From the NCBI RefSeq assembly GCF_030013205.1, contig NZ_CP122648.1: 64,000 bases of DNA; one strand, given 5' to 3'. Shown here piece by piece: positions 49,150-56,010 of this stretch (its first letter is position 1; each line of letters starts with the position of its first letter). Under the pieces are notes generated by a model. The model was given only the letters and a program-made list of their open reading frames with translations, made no database searches and had not been told where the DNA came from. A program made the translations under genes and the position numbers. The DNA comes from Escherichia coli. GTDB taxonomy: Bacteria; Pseudomonadota; Gammaproteobacteria; Enterobacterales; Enterobacteriaceae.

Positions 49150-49262
49150 ACATAAAAAAACCGCTTATGCGGCATATGTGCCTCTGTAGTAATCCGGGAG
49201 ACCAATCCCGGCACTGGATTTTGCCAGTGCCCGATTACTATGGCACAAGAGGAGTGCGATGT
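49150..49262 (-). promoter_or_regulatory. structured leader upstream of the BRO-N gene (three-way junction plus weak terminator)
   Basis: Outer stem 49187-49194 (TAGTAATC) pairs with 49233-49240 (GATTACTA) and encloses two abutting hairpins, CCGGGA-GACCAA-TCCCGG and CACTGG-ATTTTG-CCAGTG. On the minus strand this is followed by CCGC-ATAA-GCGG plus seven U (49154-49172). Confidence 0.4.
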
Positions 49263-49266
49263 AAAT

Positions 49267-49281
49267 TTACCGCAAAGGTAA
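49267..49281. promoter_or_regulatory. phage palindrome site J (TTACC-GCAAA-GGTAA)
   Basis: Perfect half-sites. On the minus strand the candidate promoter is TTGATT, 17-18 nt, TATCAT, with the -10 abutting the site (TATCATTACC). Confidence 0.6.
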
Positions 49282-49359
49282 TGATAAACGCGAAGAAATA
49301 TTAAAATCAACCGTATTTGGTTGATTGCGTTTAACGCTTGATCACCTGAAAGCAAGATA

Positions 49360-49374
49360 TTACCTTTAAGGTAA
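49360..49374. promoter_or_regulatory. phage palindrome site K (TTACC-TTTAA-GGTAA)
   Basis: Perfect half-sites, 20 nt upstream of ATG 49395. Confidence 0.6.
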
Positions 49375-49394
49375 TGTTATTGTGAGGAAAGGCA

Positions 49395-50123
49395 ATGGAA
49401 GTTTTCTGGGTAGTTGTTGGTGTGGTTGCGGTGATTATTTACGTTATCAACCAGAACAAGACTAAGATCTCTGATCGTACGGTCGTTAATCATAACAAAA
49501 CGATAAAGACTGAAGATGGGGAGATAACGATTAATCGTACACAGGTGATAGAACACACCTCCACTCAGTTTCAAAAAACGGGAGATAATGCGCCTAATAT
49601 TTCCGTACCTCCTGCTTATGATAGCGCGGTAATCCAGACATATTATAAACAGCAGGAGTTAGCAAAAGAGAGGCAACTGATTCAGCCAAAGCCGTTTACA
49701 GCTGAGCTTCCACCCGGAGTGTCAACGCGTCCGGCATATCATGGAAGATTCCCTGGTGATGACATATCGTCTCAGTCATCTAAAAAAGCACCTCAGGCAG
49801 TATCAGAGCCAGCAAGAATACCTTCTGTATCGCCGCCAAAAGAAGAATCAGCTAACAGAGTTTCAAGTGGTAGCAAGCAGTGCTTGCGATGCAGAATAAA
49901 CCTTCCATATGAAAAATTCAGGAAATCGTCAAAAAATCCAGATGGATTGACTAAGTGGTGTGCAAGGTGTCTCGATGGCCCAAAGAATACACGCCATATG
50001 AAGTGGTGCCCAATTTGTAATGTCCGCAGAAAACGAACTAGCTTTTACCCTAATAATCAAAATGCGGACGGCTTAATGGCATGGTGCAAAACGTGCTGGG
50101 ACGAGCACAAAGCGAAACGATAG
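49395..50123 (+). CDS. membrane-anchored protein with two C-terminal zinc-ribbon-like repeats
   Basis: 242 aa. N-terminal TM segment MEVFWVVVGVVAVIIYVI, a low-complexity linker, then two units CxxC-x(n)-DGLxxWCxxC (CLRC...DGLTKWCARC and CPIC...DGLMAWCKTC). Confidence 0.65.
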   Translation: MEVFWVVVGVVAVIIYVINQNKTKISDRTVVNHNKTIKTEDGEITINRTQVIEHTSTQFQKTGDNAPNISVPPAYDSAVIQTYYKQQELAKERQLIQPKPFTAELPPGVSTRPAYHGRFPGDDISSQSSKKAPQAVSEPARIPSVSPPKEESANRVSSGSKQCLRCRINLPYEKFRKSSKNPDGLTKWCARCLDGPKNTRHMKWCPICNVRRKRTSFYPNNQNADGLMAWCKTCWDEHKAKR

Positions 50124-50146
50124 GCCGCTAGAGCGGCCTTTTCTTT
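50122..50146. terminator. bidirectional terminator between convergent genes
   Basis: AGGCCGC-TAGA-GCGGCCT followed by TTTTCTTTAT. Confidence 0.75.
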
Positions 50147-50402
50147 ATGTGGTTTGTTTTCGTAATTGTTCGGCACAATAGTCGAGATGTGTTTGCAGAT
50201 CCTGCATAGACATCTGTGAGCTGGTGACGTAGTTAATCAGTGCAGTCAGTTCGGCAAGTGGGCCATCGACATTAAATCCATCCTTATCGAGATCCCGGAG
50301 TAATTTCATCAAGTGCGATCCCTCCACCAGTGATCTGACGCCTCCCGGCGTGTGAATCCTTTCGGTAAATCCGTCTTCCAGTGGATAGTGATACTGCTGC
50401 AT
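50145..50402 (-). CDS. 85-aa protein paralogous to the BRO-N protein C-terminal domain; candidate SOS-controlled antirepressor
   Basis: Start placed at ATG 50402 with a GGAGAA Shine-Dalgarno. 31 of 72 residues are identical to the BRO protein C-terminus in an ungapped hand alignment. A LexA box lies about 20 nt upstream. Confidence 0.65.
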   Translation of the reverse strand: MQQYHYPLEDGFTERIHTPGGVRSLVEGSHLMKLLRDLDKDGFNVDGPLAELTALINYVTSSQMSMQDLQTHLDYCAEQLRKQTT

Positions 50403-50421
50403 CTTATCTTCTCCATGCAAT

Positions 50422-50441
50422 AACTGTATATTTATACAGTA
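50422..50441. promoter_or_regulatory. LexA (SOS) box
   Basis: AACTGTATATTTATACAGTA compared with the consensus TACTG(TA)5CAGTA. CTGT-N8-ACAG is intact, and ACTGTATA-TT-TATACAGT is a perfect dyad. Confidence 0.75.
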
Positions 50442-50478
50442 TCAAATAATTTGTTTGCTATCCAGCACGTTTTGCAAA

Positions 50479-50493
50479 TTACCCGAAAGGTAA
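50479..50493. promoter_or_regulatory. phage palindrome site L (TTACC-CGAAA-GGTAA)
   Basis: Perfect half-sites in the divergent region between the 85-aa gene and the tailspike gene. GGTAATATC provides the -10-like TAATAT toward the tailspike. Confidence 0.6.
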
Positions 50494-50597
50494 TATCTAT
50501 TCGTATTCACAGTCTTTCTATCCATATGTGGTTTTTCAGGTAATAGAATAACCAGATATGCGGCGCAACGGGTGCTGCGACTATCTGGAGATTTAAC

Positions 50598-52967
50598 ATG
50601 ACGGTCTCAACCGAAGTTGACCACAACGAATACACAGGTAACGGCGTTACGACATCATTTCCGTATACCTTCCGTATTTTCAAAAAATCCGACTTGGTTG
50701 TTCAGGTGGTTGACCTTGATGAAAATATTGCTGTGCTGGCTCTTGATACTGATTACACAGTAACTGGTGCGGGAGGGTACAACGGCGGTAATGTAATTCT
50801 GTCGAAGGCGTTGGCTAACGGTTATCAGATTTCTATATCACGAGACCTCCCGGTTACGCAGGAAACTGATTTGCGTAATCAGGGTAAGTTCTTTGCAGAA
50901 GTGCATGAGGATGCGCTTGATAAGCTAACGATGCTGATTCAGCAGGTTCGAAGCTGGTTCCGGCTGGCGTTGTGTAAGCCATCCAGTATAGCGAATTGGT
51001 ATGACGCACTTAATAACTATATTCGTAATCTGAAAGACCCACGCGACCCTCATGATGCAGCTACAAAAAACTATGTAGATACCATTGTATTCTCTAACCT
51101 TAGCCGAACTCTCCGAGTTCCTGAGCCAATAAATCAGTTACCTCCAGCAGCAGTTCGGCGGAATATGATGCCAGCATTTGATAATGATGGTAATGCGATT
51201 GTTGTTATTCCTCCATCTGGGTCAGCATCTGATGTGCTTATTCAGTTAGCAAGTTCTTCCGATGGAAAGGGGGATGCTTTAGTTGCAGTTAAACAACCTT
51301 ATGCTAATTCTGTAACTATTACTCAACATCAGCACAACACCTATCTTCTTACCCCTTACCACTTCGGAGCAAAGGGAGATGGTATTGCAGATGACACTCT
51401 TGCCCTAAACCGCTGGTCCAATTGCGGAGCTAAGGTACTCTATTGGCCAGCAGGAAAATATCTGGTGAGCCCTACAAATGGTGTTTCTCTGGATATGGAT
51501 AACTACCATACAGGGGATTCCGCACTGACGGCGTGCGTAACCGTTCCCTATGGCGTGAAAATTTATACGGCTGGGACAGAAACCCAGTTATGCGTGAAGG
51601 ATGCTGACTCAGCATCGACCGTAGGTCTGGCCGTTAGCTACCCGGAGTCAAGTTATTCCCAGGGAGAAACCGACATCGGAAAATTCATGATTCGCCTGGA
51701 AAACGGAAATGGTCGGTACGGTATTCTTACTCCACTCAGGGAGGAAATGTTCACTGCGCACCGGGCGAAGTTCAAATTAGGAGCGCATTTCGGTCCTCAA
51801 CAGGGGCGTGATGACCTGACGGTGCTACAGTATTCGTGGGTAAATGGCATGCTGATTGGCGACGCTTTTAGCGGCTCAGTGCATGTCACTGGATACGGCA
51901 GCTATAACGTGCAGCAGGTTGAAGGTACGCAATTCCAGTGCGTGGCCGTTAAGATGAAGTCCGTTCGAGGTAACGTAGGTGTAGACATCAGATTCAACAC
52001 AAACAACTGGTGGAAGTTTGTCGAACTGAGTGACGGCGTTGAAGGGTTTGTTGTCAAGGACAGCGAAGGGCTTGGGGCATTTGTTGGAATCGACCTAACC
52101 AACCCAGCCAGCGAGCCAGGTGGATTTATCGATAACGTACACGTCAACGTTAAGCAAAACGGAGTACGAGCCAGAAACAGGCCATCCCTGCAAATCGGAA
52201 ACATTGAAGTCTATAAAAGTGATGGATTTGCCACTGACCTTGTTTACGATGCGGTGCTTCTGGTTGACTGCCAGGAAGTGACTATCAACTCTATTCACGC
52301 AATCGTCGGCAACTCAATCACAAATGCTCAGTCAGTAGTTAACTCGACAAACAGCACATTCCGCCTGAACTCATACTTTGCGCAAAACATCAGGTTCGTC
52401 GATTTTGTGGTTAATAGCCCTGACTGCTATGTCGGAGAGGGGACAATTAACCAGGTCGAGGCAGTTCACTCACTTTCTGGATCACAAAGCAACGACTTCC
52501 ACGGTAGTGATGTTCTGGTTAGATCCTACAGAAACAACGTTCGCCCACTTTACGCAGTGATGGATTCCGCTTTCAACAGGGCAAGGGCGAGGTTTCCACA
52601 AAATACAAGCCTCCAGGTGAGAACCTTTCTCGACTACACTGTGGCAGCAGCTGGGACTTTAACAATAGAACCAAGGCTTGACCCCTCCAGGTACTACATC
52701 ATCATGAGTGCTGGTACAGGTGCCTTCACCTATTCAATTGAGCTGGATAAAGTGTCTGCCGTAGTTGGTGATATTGTTTACATAAAGATAGCCGGGTCAT
52801 CATCTGCTAACCCAACAGTTTTGGTTAAAAATGGTATTGGTGGGACAACGCTCAGCACATTCAATAATATCGGTCCGATTCGTTTGAATTGTGCTTACAG
52901 ATTTAATGAGTCAGGTAACTGGGTGGCCTACTACATTACCCAAAGCGTTGAAACCACTTATGGCTAA
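50598..52967 (+). CDS. tailspike (epsilon15-type N-terminal adaptor domain, beta-helix depolymerase body)
   Basis: 789 aa. N-terminus MTVSTEVDHNEYTGNGVTTSFPYTFRIFKKSDLVVQVVD matches my recollection of the epsilon15 gp20-type head-binding domain. The FGAKGDGIADDTLALNRW motif is typical of pectate-lyase-fold tailspikes. Confidence 0.8.
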   Translation: MTVSTEVDHNEYTGNGVTTSFPYTFRIFKKSDLVVQVVDLDENIAVLALDTDYTVTGAGGYNGGNVILSKALANGYQISISRDLPVTQETDLRNQGKFFAEVHEDALDKLTMLIQQVRSWFRLALCKPSSIANWYDALNNYIRNLKDPRDPHDAATKNYVDTIVFSNLSRTLRVPEPINQLPPAAVRRNMMPAFDNDGNAIVVIPPSGSASDVLIQLASSSDGKGDALVAVKQPYANSVTITQHQHNTYLLTPYHFGAKGDGIADDTLALNRWSNCGAKVLYWPAGKYLVSPTNGVSLDMDNYHTGDSALTACVTVPYGVKIYTAGTETQLCVKDADSASTVGLAVSYPESSYSQGETDIGKFMIRLENGNGRYGILTPLREEMFTAHRAKFKLGAHFGPQQGRDDLTVLQYSWVNGMLIGDAFSGSVHVTGYGSYNVQQVEGTQFQCVAVKMKSVRGNVGVDIRFNTNNWWKFVELSDGVEGFVVKDSEGLGAFVGIDLTNPASEPGGFIDNVHVNVKQNGVRARNRPSLQIGNIEVYKSDGFATDLVYDAVLLVDCQEVTINSIHAIVGNSITNAQSVVNSTNSTFRLNSYFAQNIRFVDFVVNSPDCYVGEGTINQVEAVHSLSGSQSNDFHGSDVLVRSYRNNVRPLYAVMDSAFNRARARFPQNTSLQVRTFLDYTVAAAGTLTIEPRLDPSRYYIIMSAGTGAFTYSIELDKVSAVVGDIVYIKIAGSSSANPTVLVKNGIGGTTLSTFNNIGPIRLNCAYRFNESGNWVAYYITQSVETTYG

Positions 52968-53297
52968 TAGTCATTATTAATATCCTGCAGATGTGACCTA
53001 ACGACAAGCGTCGCCACGATGACAACTACGGAAAGGATGCCGATAACCCACCACATAACTTACCCGCGCAAAATGAATGGATAAAAATCATCCGCTGATT
53101 GATCCTAATCTTTGCATATTTTTCGAAGATGTTACGTTTAGTGGGGCGAAAAAAGCAATTACAGCAATGCCACCTATCGACGTAAGTCCGAAAAAGCCAG
53201 GCTCAGGTCTGCCGCTAATTGGGTATTGATGGCTTACAAGGACTACAAGTGATGCGATAAGCCTGATCACGTCAAAGCAATTATGTCTGTTATTCAT
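52964..53297 (-). pseudogene. O-antigen acyltransferase (acyltransferase-3 family) remnant with internal deletion
   Basis: The N-terminal ~50 aa MNNRHNCFDVIRLIASLVVLVSHQYPISG...GGIAVIAFF fit the FDxxRxxAxxxVxxxH...AVxxFF start of Oac-type acetylases, then the sequence becomes unrelated and stops. A separate 30-aa ORF (53056..52964, MWWVIGILSVVVIVATLVVRSHLQDINNDY) looks like the last TM helix. Confidence 0.5.
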
Positions 53298-53334
53298 ACA
53301 TCCATACTGTAGGAAATAGCGATACGAAACAATA

Positions 53335-53349
53335 TCACCTCACGGGTAA
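53335..53349. promoter_or_regulatory. phage palindrome site M (TCACC-TCACG-GGTAA)
   Basis: One mismatch. Located between the acyltransferase remnant and the lysis genes. Confidence 0.5.
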
Positions 53350-53453
53350 TTTAGAGATAGGTGGACTCATAAAATTTAATTCATATATGGTTTGTGTGTA
53401 TTATAAACCCAATAACCAATGGGGTGGATTATACACAGTAATCGGCGGTCTTT

Positions 53454-53858
53454 ATGTCAGTTCAACTAACTAGTGAGTCTTTAAATCAGTGGCTTAGTAT
53501 GAGTTCTCTTGCAGCAGTAATAGCTGGAGTACCTCCAGAAGTGGCGTTGGGTTCTTTGGCTGGTGCGGTAATTTTTGTTACCTCTGCTGTAGAATATCCA
53601 ATCCGCCGCCGGGTGCTCCTGTCGATGCTCAGCTTTCTTTGCGGTCTTCTCTTTTACAAACCAGCAGCATCAATTCTTATCGGCATAGCCACCCTGATCC
53701 CTACCATCACACAGGACTCTTTTGAGAAAGGGATTGTTTTCTCTGCTGGCGCATTCGTGTCAGCAATTGTCGCGGTGCGTGTTGGTATATGGCTCTACCA
53801 CCGTTCCGATAATCCACGCGAGTTAATTCCGGGGAGAAAAGACGATGGTAACGCATGA
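53454..53858 (+). CDS. holin-like membrane protein
   Basis: 134 aa with 3-4 TM segments and a charged C-terminus ([19 protein letters not shown]). First gene of the lysis cassette. Confidence 0.6.
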   Translation: MSVQLTSESLNQWLSMSSLAAVIAGVPPEVALGSLAGAVIFVTSAVEYPIRRRVLLSMLSFLCGLLFYKPAASILIGIATLIPTITQDSFEKGIVFSAGAFVSAIVAVRVGIWLYHRSDNPRELIPGRKDDGNA

Positions 53859-54153
53859 GTTTTTTTTGCTTATCACCAATGCAGTTATTTGTACTGGTAT
53901 AGCAATTCGTGTTGTCACATTCCGGCGTAACGGTTCACAACACCGAAGATGGGGAGGGTGGCTTGCTTATTTCCTTATTGTTGCTGCGGCCAGTATTCCT
54001 GTTCGTGTCGTCTATGCAATCTGGTTATGCACGCCAATGGCTGTGGATTTATCTGAGGTCATTATCAACGCTGTCATGCTTGCTGCGGTTCTTAAAACTC
54101 GCGGTAACGTCGTTCAGATTTTCAAAATAACGAGGTCTAAACATGGAGATTAA
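53845..54153 (+). CDS. second holin/antiholin-like membrane protein
   Basis: 102 aa with three TM segments and a basic C-terminus. It overlaps both neighbours. Confidence 0.6.
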   Translation: MVTHEFFLLITNAVICTGIAIRVVTFRRNGSQHRRWGGWLAYFLIVAAASIPVRVVYAIWLCTPMAVDLSEVIINAVMLAAVLKTRGNVVQIFKITRSKHGD

Positions 54154-54772
54154 ACAATTCCAGCGAGCTGCTGGTATTAGCGAGGCGCTGGCCGCACGCT
54201 GGTTCTCGCATATAACTTCTGCTATGAAAGAGTTTGGTATCAGCAAACCAGAAGATCAGGCAATGTTTATTGCTCAGGTCGGGCATGAGTCTGGGGGCTT
54301 CACCAGATTGGAGGAGAATTTCAACTACAGTGTCAGCGGTCTGGCTAACTTCGTTCGGGCTGAGCGTCTCACTCAGGGGCAGGCTAATGCACTGGGTCGC
54401 CGTGCTGGTGAACCACCATTGCCACTCGAGCGCCAGCGAGCGATCGCCAATCTGGTGTACAGCAAACGCATGGGGAACAATTCCCCTGGTGACGGCTGGA
54501 ATTACCGAGGCCGTGGACTTATCCAGATTACCGGTTTGAATAACTATCGTGACTGCGGAAACGGCCTGAAAGTGGACCTGCTGGAGAATCCTGAACTGTT
54601 AGCGCGGGACGAATATGCGGCTCGTAGCGCGGCGTGGTTCTTCTCCAGCAAAGGTTGCATGAAGTATACCGGAGATATTGCACGTGTAACTCTGATTATC
54701 AATGGTGGCAGGAATGGCATCGACGACCGGCGCGCGCGCTATGTCACTGCCAGTAAGGTGCTGGCTGTATGA
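54143..54772 (+). CDS. endolysin, glycoside hydrolase family 19 (chitinase-like)
   Basis: 209 aa. [22 protein letters not shown] and [15 protein letters not shown] are hallmark GH19 phage endolysin motifs. Confidence 0.85.
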   Translation: MEIKQFQRAAGISEALAARWFSHITSAMKEFGISKPEDQAMFIAQVGHESGGFTRLEENFNYSVSGLANFVRAERLTQGQANALGRRAGEPPLPLERQRAIANLVYSKRMGNNSPGDGWNYRGRGLIQITGLNNYRDCGNGLKVDLLENPELLARDEYAARSAAWFFSSKGCMKYTGDIARVTLIINGGRNGIDDRRARYVTASKVLAV

Positions 54773-55251
54773 TCTGGGCATTCGTAAAATCATACTGGAA
54801 ACAGTTACTTATCATGGCGGTGCTTGCTGTTCTGGCCATATCCGGAGTTGTTGCCTGGAGTGTACACGGCAGTCGTCAGTACGACGCCGGGTATGCACAG
54901 GCGAAAGAAGACCGCAAAACCGAAGATGAGAGAGTTCGTCAGCACTACGAACAGGAGAAAGCGATCAATGAACGTGAAGCGCAGCAGAGGATCGACCAGG
55001 CGCGCAATGATGCTCTTGATGCTGCCGCTCGCACTGGCCGGTTGCAGCAACAGCTCGTTGCCATCCGTGAGCAGCTCAGGCACTATAACGCCATTGTCGG
55101 CGCTGGGTCGTCAGCCGCAGACACCGGAGTTTTGCTTGCCGACGTGCTCAGCAAATCTCTCGAGAGAAACAGACAACTGGCAGAGTATGCTGACCGGGCA
55201 GCCGAAGCCGGAAGAGTCTGCGAAACACAGTACGACACCCTGACCAGATAG
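54769..55251 (+). CDS. i-spanin (Rz-like)
   Basis: 160 aa with an N-terminal TM segment ([18 protein letters not shown]) and a coiled-coil periplasmic part. The start overlaps the endolysin stop. Confidence 0.8.
   Translation: MIWAFVKSYWKQLLIMAVLAVLAISGVVAWSVHGSRQYDAGYAQAKEDRKTEDERVRQHYEQEKAINEREAQQRIDQARNDALDAAARTGRLQQQLVAIREQLRHYNAIVGAGSSAADTGVLLADVLSKSLERNRQLAEYADRAAEAGRVCETQYDTLTR
54968..55243 (+). CDS. o-spanin lipoprotein (Rz1-like), embedded in the +1 frame of Rz
   Basis: [26 protein letters not shown] with lipobox LAGC, followed by a Pro/Ser-rich mature part. An alternative start is ATG 55007. Confidence 0.75.
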   Translation: MNVKRSRGSTRRAMMLLMLPLALAGCSNSSLPSVSSSGTITPLSALGRQPQTPEFCLPTCSANLSRETDNWQSMLTGQPKPEESAKHSTTP

Positions 55252-55279
55252 CATGGCATTTTTTATGGTACTGATTTCC

Positions 55280-55290
55280 GGTGACGGTAT
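55280..55290 (+). repeat. candidate integrase arm-type site (copy 2)
   Basis: GGTGACGGTAT, identical to 26357-26367. Confidence 0.35.
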
Positions 55291-55361
55291 ATAAAACGGT
55301 ACGGGAAAAATTCATCTTTGGAAAAATGTTATCACTCAATTGGTTATGGTATCCGTAAATA

Positions 55362-55378
55362 ATTGAGTGGGAATGATT
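55362..55378. repeat. attR core
   Basis: ATTGAGTGGGAATGATT, identical to the guaA 3' end at 26217-26233. Confidence 0.85.
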
Positions 55379-55402
55379 TTGATCCCTGCACTATGAATGA
55401 AC

Positions 55403-55432
55403 AAAACCCTCTGTTACTACAGAGGGTTTTTT
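55403..55432 (+). terminator. native guaA terminator, now displaced ~29 kb from guaA
   Basis: AAAACCCTCTG-TTACTA-CAGAGGGTTTT followed by TTAT. Confidence 0.8.
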
Positions 55433-55470
55433 ATCTTCAAGAATTATAGGCTTGAAGTTACTTACATCGA

Positions 55471-56010
55471 TTAATTAAACCAGCTGTCCGATTTGTTCTC
55501 TTCTGCTTTGCCCACGCTTTTCATCAGATCTCGACCGCCCTCAGTCATATTCCTGTTTGCGTCAGCTTCAGATTGCACCACATCGGTTTGCGCAGCTTTG
55601 TGCTTCAGTTCCTGATCGATAAATTCGTTTTCTCGCTTAACGCGGGCTTCTTCTTTCGCCAGCGCCAGTTTTTGTTTCTGAATCTCTAAGCTGCGTAGCT
55701 CATCTTGATAACTTTGATCGCGTTTTTTGTCCGCAGAGGCTTCGGCGTCCAGTTTATCCTGACGAGCTTTCTTATTTGCCGCTGCCGTTGTCGCTCTTTT
55801 GTTAGCGGCGGCCTGGGCGTTTGCGCGACGTTGCTTCTCTTGCTGGATTTCCCTGTTGCGCTCCGCGACCCATTCGTCATGCTGCCTTTGCTCTTCATTT
55901 TTACCTTGCTGTTCCGCTTCTGCGACAGCAGAGAGTTGATCCTGCAATGATGAGGCGATAGCCGGATAGCTTAAGGAAGCTAAGATGGCGCAAAGAAAAA
56001 CTTTCTTCAT
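55471..56010 (-). CDS. yfgI: YfgI (periplasmic/coiled-coil protein)
   Basis: 179 aa with signal peptide MKKVFLCAILASLSYPAIA and a Gln/Ala/Lys-rich coiled coil. K-12 synteny next to guaA. Confidence 0.85.
   Translation of the reverse strand: MKKVFLCAILASLSYPAIASSLQDQLSAVAEAEQQGKNEEQRQHDEWVAERNREIQQEKQRRANAQAAANKRATTAAANKKARQDKLDAEASADKKRDQSYQDELRSLEIQKQKLALAKEEARVKRENEFIDQELKHKAAQTDVVQSEADANRNMTEGGRDLMKSVGKAEENKSDSWFN

Larger units (their letters stand above)
26217..55378. mobile_element. defective epsilon15/phiV10-like prophage integrated in the 3' end of guaA
   Basis: Bounded by the 17-bp direct repeat ATTGAGTGGGAATGATT. It has an integrase next to attL, early, replication, virion, tailspike and lysis genes, then K-12 backbone (yfgI) after attR. 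No terminase or portal ORF exists anywhere between the repeats. Confidence 0.85.

Noticed and set aside
49187-49240. Multi-stem structure that might be a tRNA or tmRNA-like gene.
   Set aside because: It has only two internal hairpins, a 6-nt loop with no T-loop (TTCGAAT-type) sequence, and no anticodon-arm geometry or CCA context. It is kept only as a candidate regulatory leader.
50530-50545. GGTAAT half-site upstream of the tailspike gene as a fifteenth palindrome copy.
   Set aside because: The expected left half reads TGGTT, not TTACC, so it is only a half-site.
26217-55378. The idea that the element is a designed phage satellite (PICI/P4-like) lacking packaging genes rather than a decayed prophage.
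   Set aside because: Out-of-frame stumps of capsid, cement and tail genes at 36.9-38.4 kb point to deletions of a full phage genome. The P4-type integrase alone is not diagnostic.
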